Below are positions 7,067 through 17,233 of a stretch of DNA of 25,518 nt, piece after piece. Position numbers and translations under genes: made by a program. Position 1 is the stretch's first letter. Each line of letters begins with the position of its first letter. The stretch is from the IMG/VR virus record IMGVR_UViG_3300021368_000025, positions 1-25,518 of that record. The stretch is one strand, 5' to 3'. Under the pieces are notes generated by a model. The model was not told where the DNA came from. It searched no databases and saw only the letters and a list, made by a program, of their open reading frames with translations. This DNA comes from a virus (taxonomy: Duplodnaviria > Caudoviricetes).

Positions 7067-7355
7067 CGTACTTATCAAATAGTTTACGGATGTTCTGGGT
7101 GATTGGCATACCGCTTGAGTAAGTCTCAAGCAGTTCCTCGTTCTCATCAATGATAATAAGAACAGGAGTAGCAGTCACACCATACTTCTTGGCGAGAGCA
7201 AGGTTCTCTTCTGGGATTGGTTCATCACTGAAGTCCTCAAGTTGGACTTCCTCAATGATACTAGTACGCTCGTCGTTGAGAGCATTGAAGTAACGCTTTA
7301 CTAGACCACAAGGACCACATGAGTCCTTGGTGAATAGGATAAATTTAAAGGTCAC
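7059..7355 (-). CDS. Thioredoxin/glutaredoxin-like protein
   Basis: 98 aa with a CGPC active site and the YGVTATPVLII cis-Pro loop. Confidence 0.88.
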   Translation of the reverse strand: MTFKFILFTKDSCGPCGLVKRYFNALNDERTSIIEEVQLEDFSDEPIPEENLALAKKYGVTATPVLIIIDENEELLETYSSGMPITQNIRKLFDKYGV

Positions 7356-7756
7356 AGGTCACCCTCCTGACGGTTCTCGGAATAGTAGATGTCAAATTGT
7401 CCACCTGGATACCTCTTCTCAAGCTTGCTGACATTACGTTCGATAACCTCTTCAAAGGACACACCTAGTGCCTGAGTTGCCTGTGCTACGTACCAGAGAA
7501 GATCACCCAACTCAATAATAAGATGCTCTCGATTGTGGTCATCCCAAGGTTTACCTTGGAACACCATCTTCTTAACGATCTCCAGAAACTCACCACCCTC
7601 AGCATTGATCCCAACACCAGCAGTAAGAAGACGCTCAATATTGGCACCCTTTCTATCAAGCTCAACCATACGGTCAGCAAGAGCAACAAAGTCTTTTGAA
7701 GCATCACTCGTTACAGCGTCAACAAAAGTTTCATAACGAGAAAAATTGATAGTCAT
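7352..7756 (-). CDS. mazG: MazG-like NTP pyrophosphohydrolase
   Basis: AEGGEFLEIVKK and IELGDLLWY (ExxE...ExxD), located directly after gp41 as in cyanophages. Confidence 0.92.
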   Translation of the reverse strand: MTINFSRYETFVDAVTSDASKDFVALADRMVELDRKGANIERLLTAGVGINAEGGEFLEIVKKMVFQGKPWDDHNREHLIIELGDLLWYVAQATQALGVSFEEVIERNVSKLEKRYPGGQFDIYYSENRQEGDL

Positions 7757-9144
7757 ATTACGAATTTGGAAAATTTATCGAGTCGGTTTTGTTTAGAAGA
7801 AGCATCTTCAAATGTATCAAACGTGTCTTCATCCTCGGTATCGAGAATGTTTTCGGCGTCTGAATCCTCAACATTATAGAGCTTCATTTTCGGTCTGTCA
7901 ATACCCACAGTGAAACGTCGGTAGTAGGTAAGATCGTTGTATCGGTTCTTAAGTTGTTTAACCATGATTCTGCCAGACTGTTCAAGCTCCTCGGTACTAA
8001 TGAGAGCAAACATAAAATCTGCTGTGGCAGGAAGACCAAAGGATTCAGAAGTGTCGGTGAGATCAACGTCACTATTACCAAAACCACTCCTAGTAGTTTG
8101 AGTTGCTGATACGACTGGTACGTCGTTCTCAACAGCAAGACCCCTGAGTTCTTCTGCAATTGCTTTAACATAGGTGTAACTATTGACAATGTGTCCTTTA
8201 TACCTAGAAGAAGCACAGATATTTAGATAGTCCACAAACACGATGTCTGGTTTGAAATATTTCTTCAAAGACAGTTCATTCAACAGTCCTTTGAAGTGAC
8301 CAGCATGAGCAGAAGCAGTAGGATATTCTTTAATGATCAAGCGACCTTGAGTTTTCCTACCAATCTCAGCAACCCTAGAGGTAAAGATCTGCTCAGGAAT
8401 AGTGCTGATATCTTTGATGTTTACGTTCAATAGGTTAGCGTCAATACGTTCAGCAATCTTCTCCTCCGACATCTCCATAGTGATGTAGAGAACATTCTTG
8501 CCTTGGGACAAACATGCTGCTGCCATGTGACACATGAACAAAGACTTACCTACACCAGTACCAGCGAGAGCAATGTTCAATGTTTTGTTAGATAGTCCAC
8601 CCTTGGTTACTATGTTGAACTTATCAATATCAAATGGAGTCTTGTATTCCTCCATGTGATAGTAATCATATCGTTCCTGGACGTTCTCAACGTAGTCGTG
8701 TCCTACGTGTTCGTCAAACGATACCGCTAATGCTTCTTGTAGAATGCTCGGTATCGCATCCTTTGATACCTTGCTATCGCCTCCATCTGCGATCTTGATC
8801 GATTCCAAGAGGGCAAGATATATTGCCCTGTCTTTACACCACTTTTCTGTGGTGTCAAGCAACCACTGGTGTTCGACTGGCGTGTCCTCAAAGGACTTGA
8901 GGGTCGAGACCGCCAGGTTGTAAGATTCTTCCGTGATGTCCTTACGATCCTGGAGGTTAATGATAAGAACCTCCGAAGTCGGGACAGTATCATACGTACT
9001 AGCGAAATTCCAAACCTCTTCATATATGATACGTTCATGATGATCTTCAAAGTATTCAGGTTTTACAAATGGAACTACCTTACGGTAGAACGCTTCGTTG
9101 AACAGAAGATTCCTGATGATCGATAGTTCAATTTTCTCACTCAT
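7753..9144 (-). CDS. gp41: Replicative DNA helicase (T4 gp41-like, DnaB family)
   Basis: Walker [55 protein letters not shown] at 9144 is the likely start. Confidence 0.96.
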   Translation of the reverse strand: MSEKIELSIIRNLLFNEAFYRKVVPFVKPEYFEDHHERIIYEEVWNFASTYDTVPTSEVLIINLQDRKDITEESYNLAVSTLKSFEDTPVEHQWLLDTTEKWCKDRAIYLALLESIKIADGGDSKVSKDAIPSILQEALAVSFDEHVGHDYVENVQERYDYYHMEEYKTPFDIDKFNIVTKGGLSNKTLNIALAGTGVGKSLFMCHMAAACLSQGKNVLYITMEMSEEKIAERIDANLLNVNIKDISTIPEQIFTSRVAEIGRKTQGRLIIKEYPTASAHAGHFKGLLNELSLKKYFKPDIVFVDYLNICASSRYKGHIVNSYTYVKAIAEELRGLAVENDVPVVSATQTTRSGFGNSDVDLTDTSESFGLPATADFMFALISTEELEQSGRIMVKQLKNRYNDLTYYRRFTVGIDRPKMKLYNVEDSDAENILDTEDEDTFDTFEDASSKQNRLDKFSKFVI

Positions 9145-10159
9145 CTTCTGTGCCATAAAGGAATTCTTTCTGTGCTTGTTTGTCTAATTGTTCGAGAACT
9201 TCAGGGGTGAAGTATTGTTCTGGATCTTTGAGGATTGCTTTGGCATAGATTTTCTTTCCATCAATCTCATAACGTCCAGCAACGTTTTTCCACAACCCTG
9301 CTCGCTCGCCCATCTCAAGTAGTCCATAGTGTCGCTGTAGTCCTCTCTGGTCAAAGAATAGTCGTGTCTCCACCTTAGAACCCTCACGGGTCAGACGGGA
9401 CTTCTTCGCCTCACATTTAATAATGTTTCCGACCAGATCGGTTCCTTCTTTTTCTTTCTTCTTGGAAAGAAAAACGATGGTAGAGGCGGAGTATTTAAGA
9501 CCAACACCTCCTCCCATTTCCTTAGTTGGGACATAAGATCCGATAACGTCATAAGTGTGATTGGTGACTAGCATTGGAATGTTAGCCTTGCCGAGCTTCA
9601 AAGTCAAGACTCGGAAGGCACCCTTAATAAGCTGTGATTTCGTCATGTCACGAACCTGCTTATCATTCTGAATGTCCTCCATCTCCTTAGAAGACGAAAG
9701 CATCCCAAGAGAGTCTAACACGAACATCAATGGTTGGCGCTCATCTTTAGGTTGCTCTAAGTATTTGTCAACGATCCTGATCGCCTGGGTCCTGAACTCC
9801 TCAATAGTATCTACAGGCATGATGATCATACGATCCGAGTCGATACCACGACTCTCAATCATGTCTTTAGAAATGGCAGACTCAGTTTCAAAATAAATGA
9901 CTCCAGCATCAGGATTAGAATCAAGGAAAGAACGAACCACGCTGAGACAAAAGAAAGTCTTGCCCGTGCCCGATTCTCCTGCCAAGGCAGTAATCTTATT
10001 GGAAGGAAAACCTCCGTAAATCGAACCACTAACGAGGGCATTAACCATGTAGCTCCCAGTGTCAATGAAAGATTCAATATCACCAGCAGCAATCCCGTCG
10101 CTAACAAATGAAGCATACTCATTCTTGCTGTCCTTAATAACAGAATTTAGGAAACTCAT
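9137..10159 (-). CDS. uvsX: RecA-like recombinase
   Basis: IDTGSY, Walker [40 protein letters not shown] at 10159, right after the gp43 stop, is the likely start. Confidence 0.96.
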   Translation of the reverse strand: MSFLNSVIKDSKNEYASFVSDGIAAGDIESFIDTGSYMVNALVSGSIYGGFPSNKITALAGESGTGKTFFCLSVVRSFLDSNPDAGVIYFETESAISKDMIESRGIDSDRMIIMPVDTIEEFRTQAIRIVDKYLEQPKDERQPLMFVLDSLGMLSSSKEMEDIQNDKQVRDMTKSQLIKGAFRVLTLKLGKANIPMLVTNHTYDVIGSYVPTKEMGGGVGLKYSASTIVFLSKKKEKEGTDLVGNIIKCEAKKSRLTREGSKVETRLFFDQRGLQRHYGLLEMGERAGLWKNVAGRYEIDGKKIYAKAILKDPEQYFTPEVLEQLDKQAQKEFLYGTEDE

Positions 10160-10161
10160 AA

Positions 10162-12654
10162 TTAGAAAAATGATAAGAGTGAAACAGACCGCTCGTAGTC
10201 CCAACCGATACATTCTAGCACGTTCTTCAGCGGTTCGAAGAACGACTTCTCAAATTGTTTGTTAAAGTCCACGTACTTCTCAACGTTGAACTCAGGTGGG
10301 AGGTTCTGGAAGAACGAGATTACGTTTTCCTGGATGGGGTTGGGGGTCTTGAGGTAGAGAAATTTGATCTTCTCTCCTTCTTGGATAAGAGGGTACTTGT
10401 GAGTAAGTTTATTACGGCTAACGTGGTGATTGTACAGTAATGCACCTCGGACATGAATAGGTGTACCCTTTGAATAGATGTCCGAAACAGATTTGTATTT
10501 CTTGAGACCATTTACACCTCGGGGGAAAGCAATATTGACACACTCTTCTTTCTTCGTATCTTCTTTGACCTTATCAATATAGTCAATCAAAACATCATTG
10601 TTTTCATTGATAATAATGTCATATGCTTTGAGCAGTTTGTCTCGGAAGAATGCTGGTGTAGATGATCTAGCGGTCTCCATACCACAGATTTTCATCTTGG
10701 GTTCAGCATAGCGTACACCTTCGCTATCCCATACGTTGAGAATATATCGCTTCTTAGCAGTCCAGATACCACGGTCAGCGATATTCTCACGCTTCATCTT
10801 CATCTTCTGTTCATACGCTGCCACATACGTTGCCAGTTCTTCATATGAACGTTCAATAAAAGGTTCCAGTTTCTCTTGGCAGATCTTGTCAAGTATGGTA
10901 ACAATTGCTGCTTTGTCGCTAGACTTAGCACCAAAAAATTTATCAACAAGAGGTCCAAGATTAAGATAGATTGAATCGGTATCGCTAGCGATGACATAAT
11001 CCTCCTTATCTGTAGAGAGCAATTTATTTAGGTATTCGTTCATGTGGTTCTGAATCCAACGGATGGACAACTGACCAGACATGGTGATTGCCTCAGCAAT
11101 CTCCAGACGATAGTACCTAAAGTGTTCGTTACCGATGGCACCATAAGCAGAGTTCAGTTGGATCTTACGTGCCATCTGAATGTTGTTACAGCGAGCGATC
11201 TCTTTCTTGAGGTCGGTACTGGGATTCTTCTCATACTCCTGCTTCGCCTTGAGCATACGCTTCTTATAGATGGTACGTTCCTGATAGATCTTGTCCATCA
11301 GTTCAGGCAAGAACCCACGCTTATTGGTATCGTAGTACGTACCGTTAGCACACAGAGTCTGACCACACAAATCAAACAGTTCAAGCTCCTTGTTCAGAAG
11401 ACGGTCTACCGTGGCAGTCGGATGCCTATGATCCTTAAGCGTCTCTGGCGAGAGGTTGTACTGCATAATGAGGTGAGGGTACAGGGAGTTGAGGTCAAAA
11501 GAGACCACCCAGTCATAAATTCCTGGAGTAGGTTCTTTGACATATGCCCCAGCATATTTGTTGTCCTTTCTGCTTTCATGTTTAGGAGGGATTACTACAT
11601 TACGTTTCGACAGGTAGACATAGATGATGTTGTCCCACATACGTACCTGTGAGTACACATCTTCAAAGTTCACCTTAGCATCATATGCCATGGTGATAGC
11701 AAGTTCGATCAACTTCATCTTGTCATCCAGCTGGTCAACCAGGCGAACGTCAATGATGTTGTAGTCCACAAACTTCTTCCAGTTCTTGGTGTAGAACTCC
11801 TTGAAGGTATCGAACTCACTGTGATCAAGTTTCTTGGCACCAAGTTCTACCGAACAGATATGATCCAGACGGTAGGACTCTTGGTTGGTGTAAGTAAACT
11901 TCTTATACAGTTCCAGATAGTCAAGGCAAGAGATACCACTGATGTCATAGGCAATTTGCTTACGACCTTTAATGTAGATCTCACGATAAAGAATACTCTT
12001 CCAAGGTGAGATCATCTTAGATTCTTTCTCCCCAATCACACGCTCAATACGTTTGATGATGTACGGGATATCGAACAGTTGTACGTTCCAACCCGTCACC
12101 ACATCAGGAAAGTTAGAGATCCAGAAGTGTAGGAATGCCTGCAGCAGACCAACCTCGGTCTTGAACTCAAGGTAGTCCACGTCGGGGTCTGTCGCCTCAT
12201 AGGGGCGAGCACCGAACACAGTGATACGACCAGTGTGAGAGTCCTTCAGGGAGATCAGCAGGATCTCCTGGTCGGCAGTCTCGATGTCAGGGAAACCATT
12301 CTCAGCACCAGTCTCAATGTCAAGCGTGAAGATACGAATCTGATTCATATCAAACTTCATCTCATCCCAAGGATACTCCTCAAGGATGTACTGGTTGTTG
12401 TATCGTGTCTGACCATACACAGGAAAGTCTTCCATCTCCTTGTGAGTGTCAACAAATTGACGTGCATCTTTGATCGTGCCCTGTTTCACAGGACGTACAC
12501 GCTTGCCATCGAGTGTCTTCCACTCGGAGGGTTTCTCGGTAGGCAAGAACAGTGTCGGGTTGAACTTTACCCGATCACTGAACTGCTGACCATGATCATA
12601 ACCACGAACTAGGATAGTGTTCCCTGCTTGCTGAACACTGGTGTAAAACTTCAT
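10162..12654 (-). CDS. gp43: Family B DNA polymerase (T4 gp43-like), uninterrupted
   Basis: ExoI LDIET, Exo[10 protein letters not shown], ExoIII YNIID; polymerase motifs [27 protein letters not shown]. Confidence 0.98.
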   Translation of the reverse strand: MKFYTSVQQAGNTILVRGYDHGQQFSDRVKFNPTLFLPTEKPSEWKTLDGKRVRPVKQGTIKDARQFVDTHKEMEDFPVYGQTRYNNQYILEEYPWDEMKFDMNQIRIFTLDIETGAENGFPDIETADQEILLISLKDSHTGRITVFGARPYEATDPDVDYLEFKTEVGLLQAFLHFWISNFPDVVTGWNVQLFDIPYIIKRIERVIGEKESKMISPWKSILYREIYIKGRKQIAYDISGISCLDYLELYKKFTYTNQESYRLDHICSVELGAKKLDHSEFDTFKEFYTKNWKKFVDYNIIDVRLVDQLDDKMKLIELAITMAYDAKVNFEDVYSQVRMWDNIIYVYLSKRNVVIPPKHESRKDNKYAGAYVKEPTPGIYDWVVSFDLNSLYPHLIMQYNLSPETLKDHRHPTATVDRLLNKELELFDLCGQTLCANGTYYDTNKRGFLPELMDKIYQERTIYKKRMLKAKQEYEKNPSTDLKKEIARCNNIQMARKIQLNSAYGAIGNEHFRYYRLEIAEAITMSGQLSIRWIQNHMNEYLNKLLSTDKEDYVIASDTDSIYLNLGPLVDKFFGAKSSDKAAIVTILDKICQEKLEPFIERSYEELATYVAAYEQKMKMKRENIADRGIWTAKKRYILNVWDSEGVRYAEPKMKICGMETARSSTPAFFRDKLLKAYDIIINENNDVLIDYIDKVKEDTKKEECVNIAFPRGVNGLKKYKSVSDIYSKGTPIHVRGALLYNHHVSRNKLTHKYPLIQEGEKIKFLYLKTPNPIQENVISFFQNLPPEFNVEKYVDFNKQFEKSFFEPLKNVLECIGWDYERSVSLLSFF

Positions 12655-12905
12655 TCCGTTACTTTGTCTTTCAGGTCATAATAAAGTGCCATGAACATGT
12701 CGTTAGGATCACAGATCAAAGTAATGTCGGATGATCTAACAGCAAGTTCACGGTCGCTGCTGTAAAGAGGAAAGGGCACTGCCCCATCATCTGATATTTC
12801 ACAAGGATATTTTAGCACACAGTCGGGATCACCGAACTCAACACCAGGGATTTCCTCAATCTCTGCTACGATCCAGTGCCCGTCAAACTTGAGGAGTTTG
12901 ATCAT
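12651..12905 (-). CDS. Hypothetical protein (Sm-like fold candidate)
   Basis: 84 aa with ATGA overlaps on both sides; shares its pattern with the two upstream ORFs. Confidence 0.75.
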   Translation of the reverse strand: MIKLLKFDGHWIVAEIEEIPGVEFGDPDCVLKYPCEISDDGAVPFPLYSSDRELAVRSSDITLICDPNDMFMALYYDLKDKVTE

Positions 12906-13387
12906 ACTACCTCAGGGGTGACAGCAGGTTCCTCGTCAACTGCCTCAAACGGCGTAGCGATAGGATGCTCAGCAGTATTAGCGCCTACGCCAGCAGTGTT
13001 AGGGATGGCAGTACCAACTGCTTCCTCAATAGCTTCTCGCTGTGCTTCCGAGTTCTTGTCCTGCTGCTGATCGATCTTTGCTCGATATGCTTGAGTCAGA
13101 CCAGGATCAGGTTGTCCGATAGTCAGGATGCCATCGTAAGGAATACGATACTGATTATCTACAGAGTACGGACACCACTTGCTGAACTTAACCTGGAGAT
13201 CTTTCTCTGGTTCTTCTGGGTTGGGAACAGAGATAAGTTCTAGTTCATAAGGGTAGTTCATAACAAGGCAGACACCTTTACGTTCCTCACCCTCTCCTTC
13301 AAATACTTCCTGAAGGATAGTAATTAGTTTGTCGCCCGTCTTGAGAACTACAATAGACGGATTCAATGTTGCTGCTTCTTCACTCAT
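12902..13387 (-). CDS. Hypothetical protein (Sm-like fold candidate) with an acidic tail
   Basis: IVVLKTGDKLI...MNYPY...FSKWCPYS...YRIPYDGILTIGQP. Confidence 0.8.
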   Translation of the reverse strand: MSEEAATLNPSIVVLKTGDKLITILQEVFEGEGEERKGVCLVMNYPYELELISVPNPEEPEKDLQVKFSKWCPYSVDNQYRIPYDGILTIGQPDPGLTQAYRAKIDQQQDKNSEAQREAIEEAVGTAIPNTAGVGANTAEHPIATPFEAVDEEPAVTPEVV

Positions 13388-13728
13388 CGATTTAACTCCT
13401 TTTTAAATGTCTCAAATTCTTCTGGTGTTAGTACAGGATATACAGGTTGGTTGATCTCAACATATGCTGAGAGAACATTAGGAAGTGGATCACCTATACT
13501 AATGATTTTTTCAAAACCAATCCGAAACTCCTTGGTGCCACTAAAAGGACTCCAAGGGAACAAACTGATTTCTTTCTCCCCTTCCTCACTAGGAACCAAG
13601 TTCAGTGCCATGGGCATTGAAAGAAGGAAACAGAAGGGTTCACCTTCCTTATCCCTCAACTCAGTAACTTTAGCAATGACTTGCTCGCCTGAAACCAAAT
13701 GAATAATGTTGATAGACTTCATAACCAT
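13384..13728 (-). CDS. Hypothetical protein (Sm-like fold candidate)
   Basis: IIHLVSGEQVIA...LSMPM...LFPWSPFS...FRIGFEKIISIGDP. The start could be 13722. Confidence 0.8.
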   Translation of the reverse strand: MVMKSINIIHLVSGEQVIAKVTELRDKEGEPFCFLLSMPMALNLVPSEEGEKEISLFPWSPFSGTKEFRIGFEKIISIGDPLPNVLSAYVEINQPVYPVLTPEEFETFKKELNR

Positions 13729-13742
13729 AGTTGGTTTCCATT

Positions 13743-13771
13743 ATTATACCAAAAAAAGACAGGACCGACAA
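13743..13771 (-). promoter_or_regulatory. Sigma70-type promoter TTGTCG-N17-TATAAT overlapping the hsp20 terminator
   Basis: Perfect TATAAT at 13743-13748, TTGTCG at 13766-13771, 17-nt spacer. Confidence 0.7.
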
Positions 13772-13781
13772 GCGGTCCTGT
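13751..13781 (-). terminator. Intrinsic terminator after hsp20
   Basis: ACAGGACCG-CTTGT-CGGTCCTGT-C-TTTTTTT. Confidence 0.85.
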
Positions 13782-13789
13782 GCCAATAT

Positions 13790-14230
13790 TTATTCTGTCA
13801 GCAATTGTTTGTTTGACGGTTTGCTTCCAATCTCATACACAGTTTTCTTCTGGTGTTCTGGAATAATTTTTTCCAGCGAAACACGCAATAAACCGTCCGC
13901 AAAATCTACATCAGTTACTCTTACATCGTCTCCCAGTTGCCATGTTCTAACGAAAGATCTCTTCGAGACGCCCTTGTGGACATACTCGATCTTAGGATCT
14001 TGTCTCGCATTTGTTGTGGCAATTCTGAGAATGTTTGATTCAGTAGATACTTCGATCTCCTCTGGTTTAAATCCTGCCAGAGCGATTTGAACTTCGTAAT
14101 TACTGGTGTCATACTTGATTAGGTTGTAGGGAGGATAGTTCTTATCATGTTGAGTCATCGAATCTAATCGATGAAACACATCACTCAGACCTACAGCGTG
14201 GGGTAAGTAAATGTCCCAAGTATTTGTCAT
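13790..14230 (-). CDS. hsp20: Small heat shock protein (Hsp20/IbpA-like)
   Basis: NYPPYNL, IALAGF, YVHKGVSKRSFVRTWQL, DGLLRVSL, IPEHQKK; AAGGAG RBS. Confidence 0.95.
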   Translation of the reverse strand: MTNTWDIYLPHAVGLSDVFHRLDSMTQHDKNYPPYNLIKYDTSNYEVQIALAGFKPEEIEVSTESNILRIATTNARQDPKIEYVHKGVSKRSFVRTWQLGDDVRVTDVDFADGLLRVSLEKIIPEHQKKTVYEIGSKPSNKQLLTE

Positions 14231-14298
14231 GGTTAGTCTCCTTTATTTAAGCGAGAGTTTAGTTGAATTGGACCCCGAAGGCATCCAATATTATTTAA
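14231..14298 (-). promoter_or_regulatory. Structured hsp20 5' leader: TTAAATA late-like promoter, C(UUCG)G hairpin, and an SD-occluding hairpin
   Basis: ATTGGATGCC-TTCG-GGGTCCAAT (14267-14289), and TCTCGCTT-AAATA-AAGGAGA (14237-14256) pairing with a bulged G. Confidence 0.6.
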
Positions 14299-14307
14299 CC
14301 AAGACAG

Positions 14308-14341
14308 AAAAAAACTGCTACGGTAAAAACCGTAACAGTTT
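14308..14341 (-). terminator. Intrinsic terminator after regA
   Basis: AAACTGTTACGGT-TTTT-ACCGTAGCAGTTT-TTTT. Confidence 0.85.
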
Positions 14342-14348
14342 GTTCGGG

Positions 14349-14771
14349 TTACACCTCAGTCTTCTTCCGACCGATGTTATATTTACTTTCCAAAGTCCAC
14401 TCGTCTTTTTCTTTAAAGGCGAGAACTTTAATTTGATTAAGTGGAGCAACGTCAGAAATTTTATCGCTCTCCACTAATGAAACAAGACCCCAATCAGAAA
14501 GAAGTTGGATGATCCTGTTCCGTCTTTGAACATCATTCAATGAAAGATTTGTGCTCTTACCATCGAGAGCGAACAACTCTTTGAAGTGAACGATATAATA
14601 CTTTCCTTGTTTATGAAGGATATGACACGACTGATATAGTTTCCTTTCTTTCCTGGATGCTACACCAATACGTGTGAGGGTTTCTCGAACCTTGAGGAAG
14701 TCGTCAGGTTGTCCCAAGGCAACCTCTACCATGTCAGCAGGTTGCCAGGTTACTTCAATATCTGTACTCAT
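14349..14771 (-). CDS. regA: Translational repressor RegA
   Basis: DDFLKVRETLTRIGVAS...LYQSCHILHKQGKYYIVHFKELFALDG. Confidence 0.96.
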   Translation of the reverse strand: MSTDIEVTWQPADMVEVALGQPDDFLKVRETLTRIGVASRKERKLYQSCHILHKQGKYYIVHFKELFALDGKSTNLSLNDVQRRNRIIQLLSDWGLVSLVESDKISDVAPLNQIKVLAFKEKDEWTLESKYNIGRKKTEV

Positions 14772-15148
14772 TTCATACCACCTTTATTCAATGTCTTTCT
14801 TATAGAATCAAGTTCCTCTTTAGTGAGAATGTTTAAAGCTTCTAATGCTTTATTATGACTGTAACCATAATATTGCTTTACAAGTTCTAACTCTTCAAGA
14901 GTTTCCTTGCGTAACCAGGGAGTGAAACGTTTCCTCGGCTTCAAACTATTTATAAAAAAGTCATACTGTAGTCTTTTGTCGAGATGAGGGTTCTTGTTCA
15001 TCTCGTTAGCATACAGAATGGTGTCGGTAAAAGATGATAGACACTTGTTTATAATAAAAGGCGGATACTTTCGCTCCGCCTCAGGGTCATCCTTCAGGAT
15101 GTTCTTCTTAGATTGATTGATACTATACAGATAGTCTTTAAGTTCCAT
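14768..15148 (-). CDS. gp62: Clamp loader small subunit
   Basis: YLYSINQSK, YPPFIINKCLS, ANEMN, QYDFFINSL.PRKRF, VKQYYGYS..KA; located directly upstream of regA. Confidence 0.93.
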   Translation of the reverse strand: MELKDYLYSINQSKKNILKDDPEAERKYPPFIINKCLSSFTDTILYANEMNKNPHLDKRLQYDFFINSLKPRKRFTPWLRKETLEELELVKQYYGYSHNKALEALNILTKEELDSIRKTLNKGGMK

Positions 15149-15291
15149 TATTTAAATACAGCGGTCACTCCCATTACTTTAGCGTTAGGGTTACGTGCTA
15201 GGGCAACCTCCCTAGCTTCTTCATAGTTACGAGCAATCACAGTCTCAGTGAAGACCGTGCCAGCGACGTAGAGTTTGACTTCACATTTCAT
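15148..15291 (-). CDS. Small hypothetical protein (47 aa)
   Basis: Below the track cutoff. MKCEVKLYVAGTVFTETVIARNYEEAREVALARNPNAKVMGVTAVFK fills the gap exactly, with a TAATG overlap with gp62. Confidence 0.78.
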   Translation of the reverse strand: MKCEVKLYVAGTVFTETVIARNYEEAREVALARNPNAKVMGVTAVFK

Positions 15292-16132
15292 AGTTCATAA
15301 GGACCAGTTCGGTCCTGCTTGCTTGATCTGTATTATAGGACCCTACGCTCCTCATGGTGTAAGTGTGTGCAAATTCTGCTACTGTCCACCCTTCGAATCT
15401 CTCTTTGACCAGTTGAGACGAATTGTAAGATACGAGGTGAGGAGAGACGTACCGATCGCTATCACTAGCAAAATCATCATGGGAGAAGCATTTGTGCATA
15501 CTGCCTCTCCTTCCATAAAGGTTACTTTTAATGTCGTAGGGAGGGTCTGAGTAGATGAATACCCGCTTAGAGTCGGAAAAGAGCTTTTCATAATGTAGGT
15601 TAGTAAATTTCCAGTTGCCGATTAATGCTTGATAGTCAGTCAGTTTCTCAATTCCATTGAAGGAGAAGTTACTTTCACTGGCTTGTTTTGAGAATGATGA
15701 TGACTCAGTGAGACCAGAGAAAGAACACTTATTAACAACGTAGAAAGAAACAGCACGCCAGATACCTTCATTGTATGGCGGGAACGTATCTGTTGTCGAA
15801 AAACCTGATAGATATTCTTTGGCATCCAAGAATAGTTTCTTGGCAGAATTGGGGTCAGGGTGCCTTTGCTTAAGTTGGAGGAGTATGTCCTTAATTTCAT
15901 GACCATGATCCTGGAGTTCTCTCCAAAAATTATACAGTGGTTCATATAGATCGTTGACCCATATGTCCAAATGAGGATATCGCTTAGACACTTCTAGTGC
16001 CATGGAACCACCACCTAAGAATGGTTCACGATACTCTTCAAACTCCTTCAGGTCAGGAAGATACTGAAATAGTTTACTAAGAGCTCTAGACTTACCACCA
16101 GGATATCTAAGCGGCGTCTTCAGGGATTTCAT
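15281..16132 (-). CDS. dam: DNA adenine methyltransferase (Dam/D12 class)
   Basis: PLRYPGGKS, EPFLGGGS (motif I), VNDL, YSDPPY (motif IV). MKSLKTP at 16132 is the likely start (alternative 16144). Confidence 0.92.
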   Translation of the reverse strand: MKSLKTPLRYPGGKSRALSKLFQYLPDLKEFEEYREPFLGGGSMALEVSKRYPHLDIWVNDLYEPLYNFWRELQDHGHEIKDILLQLKQRHPDPNSAKKLFLDAKEYLSGFSTTDTFPPYNEGIWRAVSFYVVNKCSFSGLTESSSFSKQASESNFSFNGIEKLTDYQALIGNWKFTNLHYEKLFSDSKRVFIYSDPPYDIKSNLYGRRGSMHKCFSHDDFASDSDRYVSPHLVSYNSSQLVKERFEGWTVAEFAHTYTMRSVGSYNTDQASRTELVLMNYEM

Positions 16133-16289
16133 AGTCTGGGGCATGATATTTAAGGTATTCCCAAAAGGTCAATTTCATTTCTTTATGCGTCATGCCACAG
16201 TGAGCGGCAGCAGCAGGTAGGTTCATTGTAGCACGAAACAATGCTTCGTTCGCTTCTGCTACATTCTCTGGTGTAGTTTTAACTCTCAT
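16107..16289 (-). CDS. Small hypothetical protein, possible HTH-like
   Basis: 60 aa with an ATGA overlap with gp44: MNLPAAAAHCGMTHKEMKLTFWEY. Confidence 0.75.
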   Translation of the reverse strand: MRVKTTPENVAEANEALFRATMNLPAAAAHCGMTHKEMKLTFWEYLKYHAPDYEIPEDAA

Positions 16290-17233
16290 TTAAATTCACA
16301 ACTCATCATGATCTCAGTCAGACATGCCAGGAGATTAATCTCTTGGTCAGGAACAATGTGAATGTCCCTAGAATATTTGGCAATAATCAAGACTGCTTCA
16401 GGAACAGATGCTCCTTTGAGGTTGTCATACAAGACATCATAGAGTTTCCTCATCACAGTAGTAGGATCATTGTTGATGTTATCCACAACCCACTTACGAA
16501 CGATGGTGAACTCCTTGTTCTTGAGAGAACGAACCAGAGAATCTAGATTAATGTCAGCAACATCGGCAAGGATAGCAGAATCAATGCCGCCACTAGCAGC
16601 GAATCGCTGACACTCATTAATAAGACGACGCCAATCAGGATAGTAACGCTTAACAACTTTTGCCAGAACTTTGTCTTGGTATTCGACTTCTTGCTCATCT
16701 AGGATCTCCTTCAGTCTAGCAAAGAACAATCCCTGTAGTCTGCCAGACTGTTCAGTATTGATCTTGAAATCAACAACAGTACAACGACTGTGGAGAGGTT
16801 CAATGATCTTGTTAGGGAAGTTACAGGTGAAGATGAAACGACAGTTACTATGGAACTCCTGCACAGCGGTCCTGAGAGACAGTTGTACATCGTTAGTGGT
16901 GTTGTCTGCCTCGTCAATGATGACGACCTTGTGAGCGCCACCAGAGGTCAGTGAGACAGTCGTGGCAAACTGTCGGACACGGTTCCTCACGGTGTCCAGA
17001 AAGCGTCCTTCATCCGATCCATTGATCACGATGTAAGAGGCACCGATCTCGTCACACAGTGCCTTGGCAACGGTAGTCTTACCGACACCAGCCGTTCCAG
17101 CGAGCAATAGATTAGGGATCTCTCCCTGATCTACAAATCCCTGAAAAGACTTCTTGATATTCTCAGGCAGAATACAGTCAGCAACTTTGCTGGGACGATA
17201 CTGTTCCACCCAAAGAAATTTTTTCATAATCAA
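16286..17233 (-). CDS. gp44: Clamp loader large subunit (AAA+)
   Basis: LWVEQYRP, Walker A GTAGVGKT, INGSD, Walker B IIDEAD, SRC motif, YPDWRR. Confidence 0.96.
   Translation of the reverse strand: MIMKKFLWVEQYRPSKVADCILPENIKKSFQGFVDQGEIPNLLLAGTAGVGKTTVAKALCDEIGASYIVINGSDEGRFLDTVRNRVRQFATTVSLTSGGAHKVVIIDEADNTTNDVQLSLRTAVQEFHSNCRFIFTCNFPNKIIEPLHSRCTVVDFKINTEQSGRLQGLFFARLKEILDEQEVEYQDKVLAKVVKRYYPDWRRLINECQRFAASGGIDSAILADVADINLDSLVRSLKNKEFTIVRKWVVDNINNDPTTVMRKLYDVLYDNLKGASVPEAVLIIAKYSRDIHIVPDQEINLLACLTEIMMSCEFK

Noticed and set aside
7067-7150. Upstream extension of the 6872 ORF
   Set aside because: It lies inside the thioredoxin-like gene; the GTG at 7066 gives a normal short overlap.
10160-10213. 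Longer uvsX start given in the track
   Set aside because: It overlaps the gp43 C-terminus; the ATG at 10159 right after the gp43 stop fits better.
11044-11652. 202-aa plus-strand ORF
   Set aside because: Entirely antisense to gp43, with no recognisable motif or RBS; explained by the codon bias of the sense gene.
10162-12654. Possible intein, intron or split in the DNA polymerase
   Set aside because: All motifs are present in order in a single 830-aa ORF, with no large insertion or intein-like termini visible.
5416-16132. Nuclease-like gene and Dam methylase as a restriction-modification pair
   Set aside because: They are more than 8 kb apart in different transcription units; nothing in the sequence links them.
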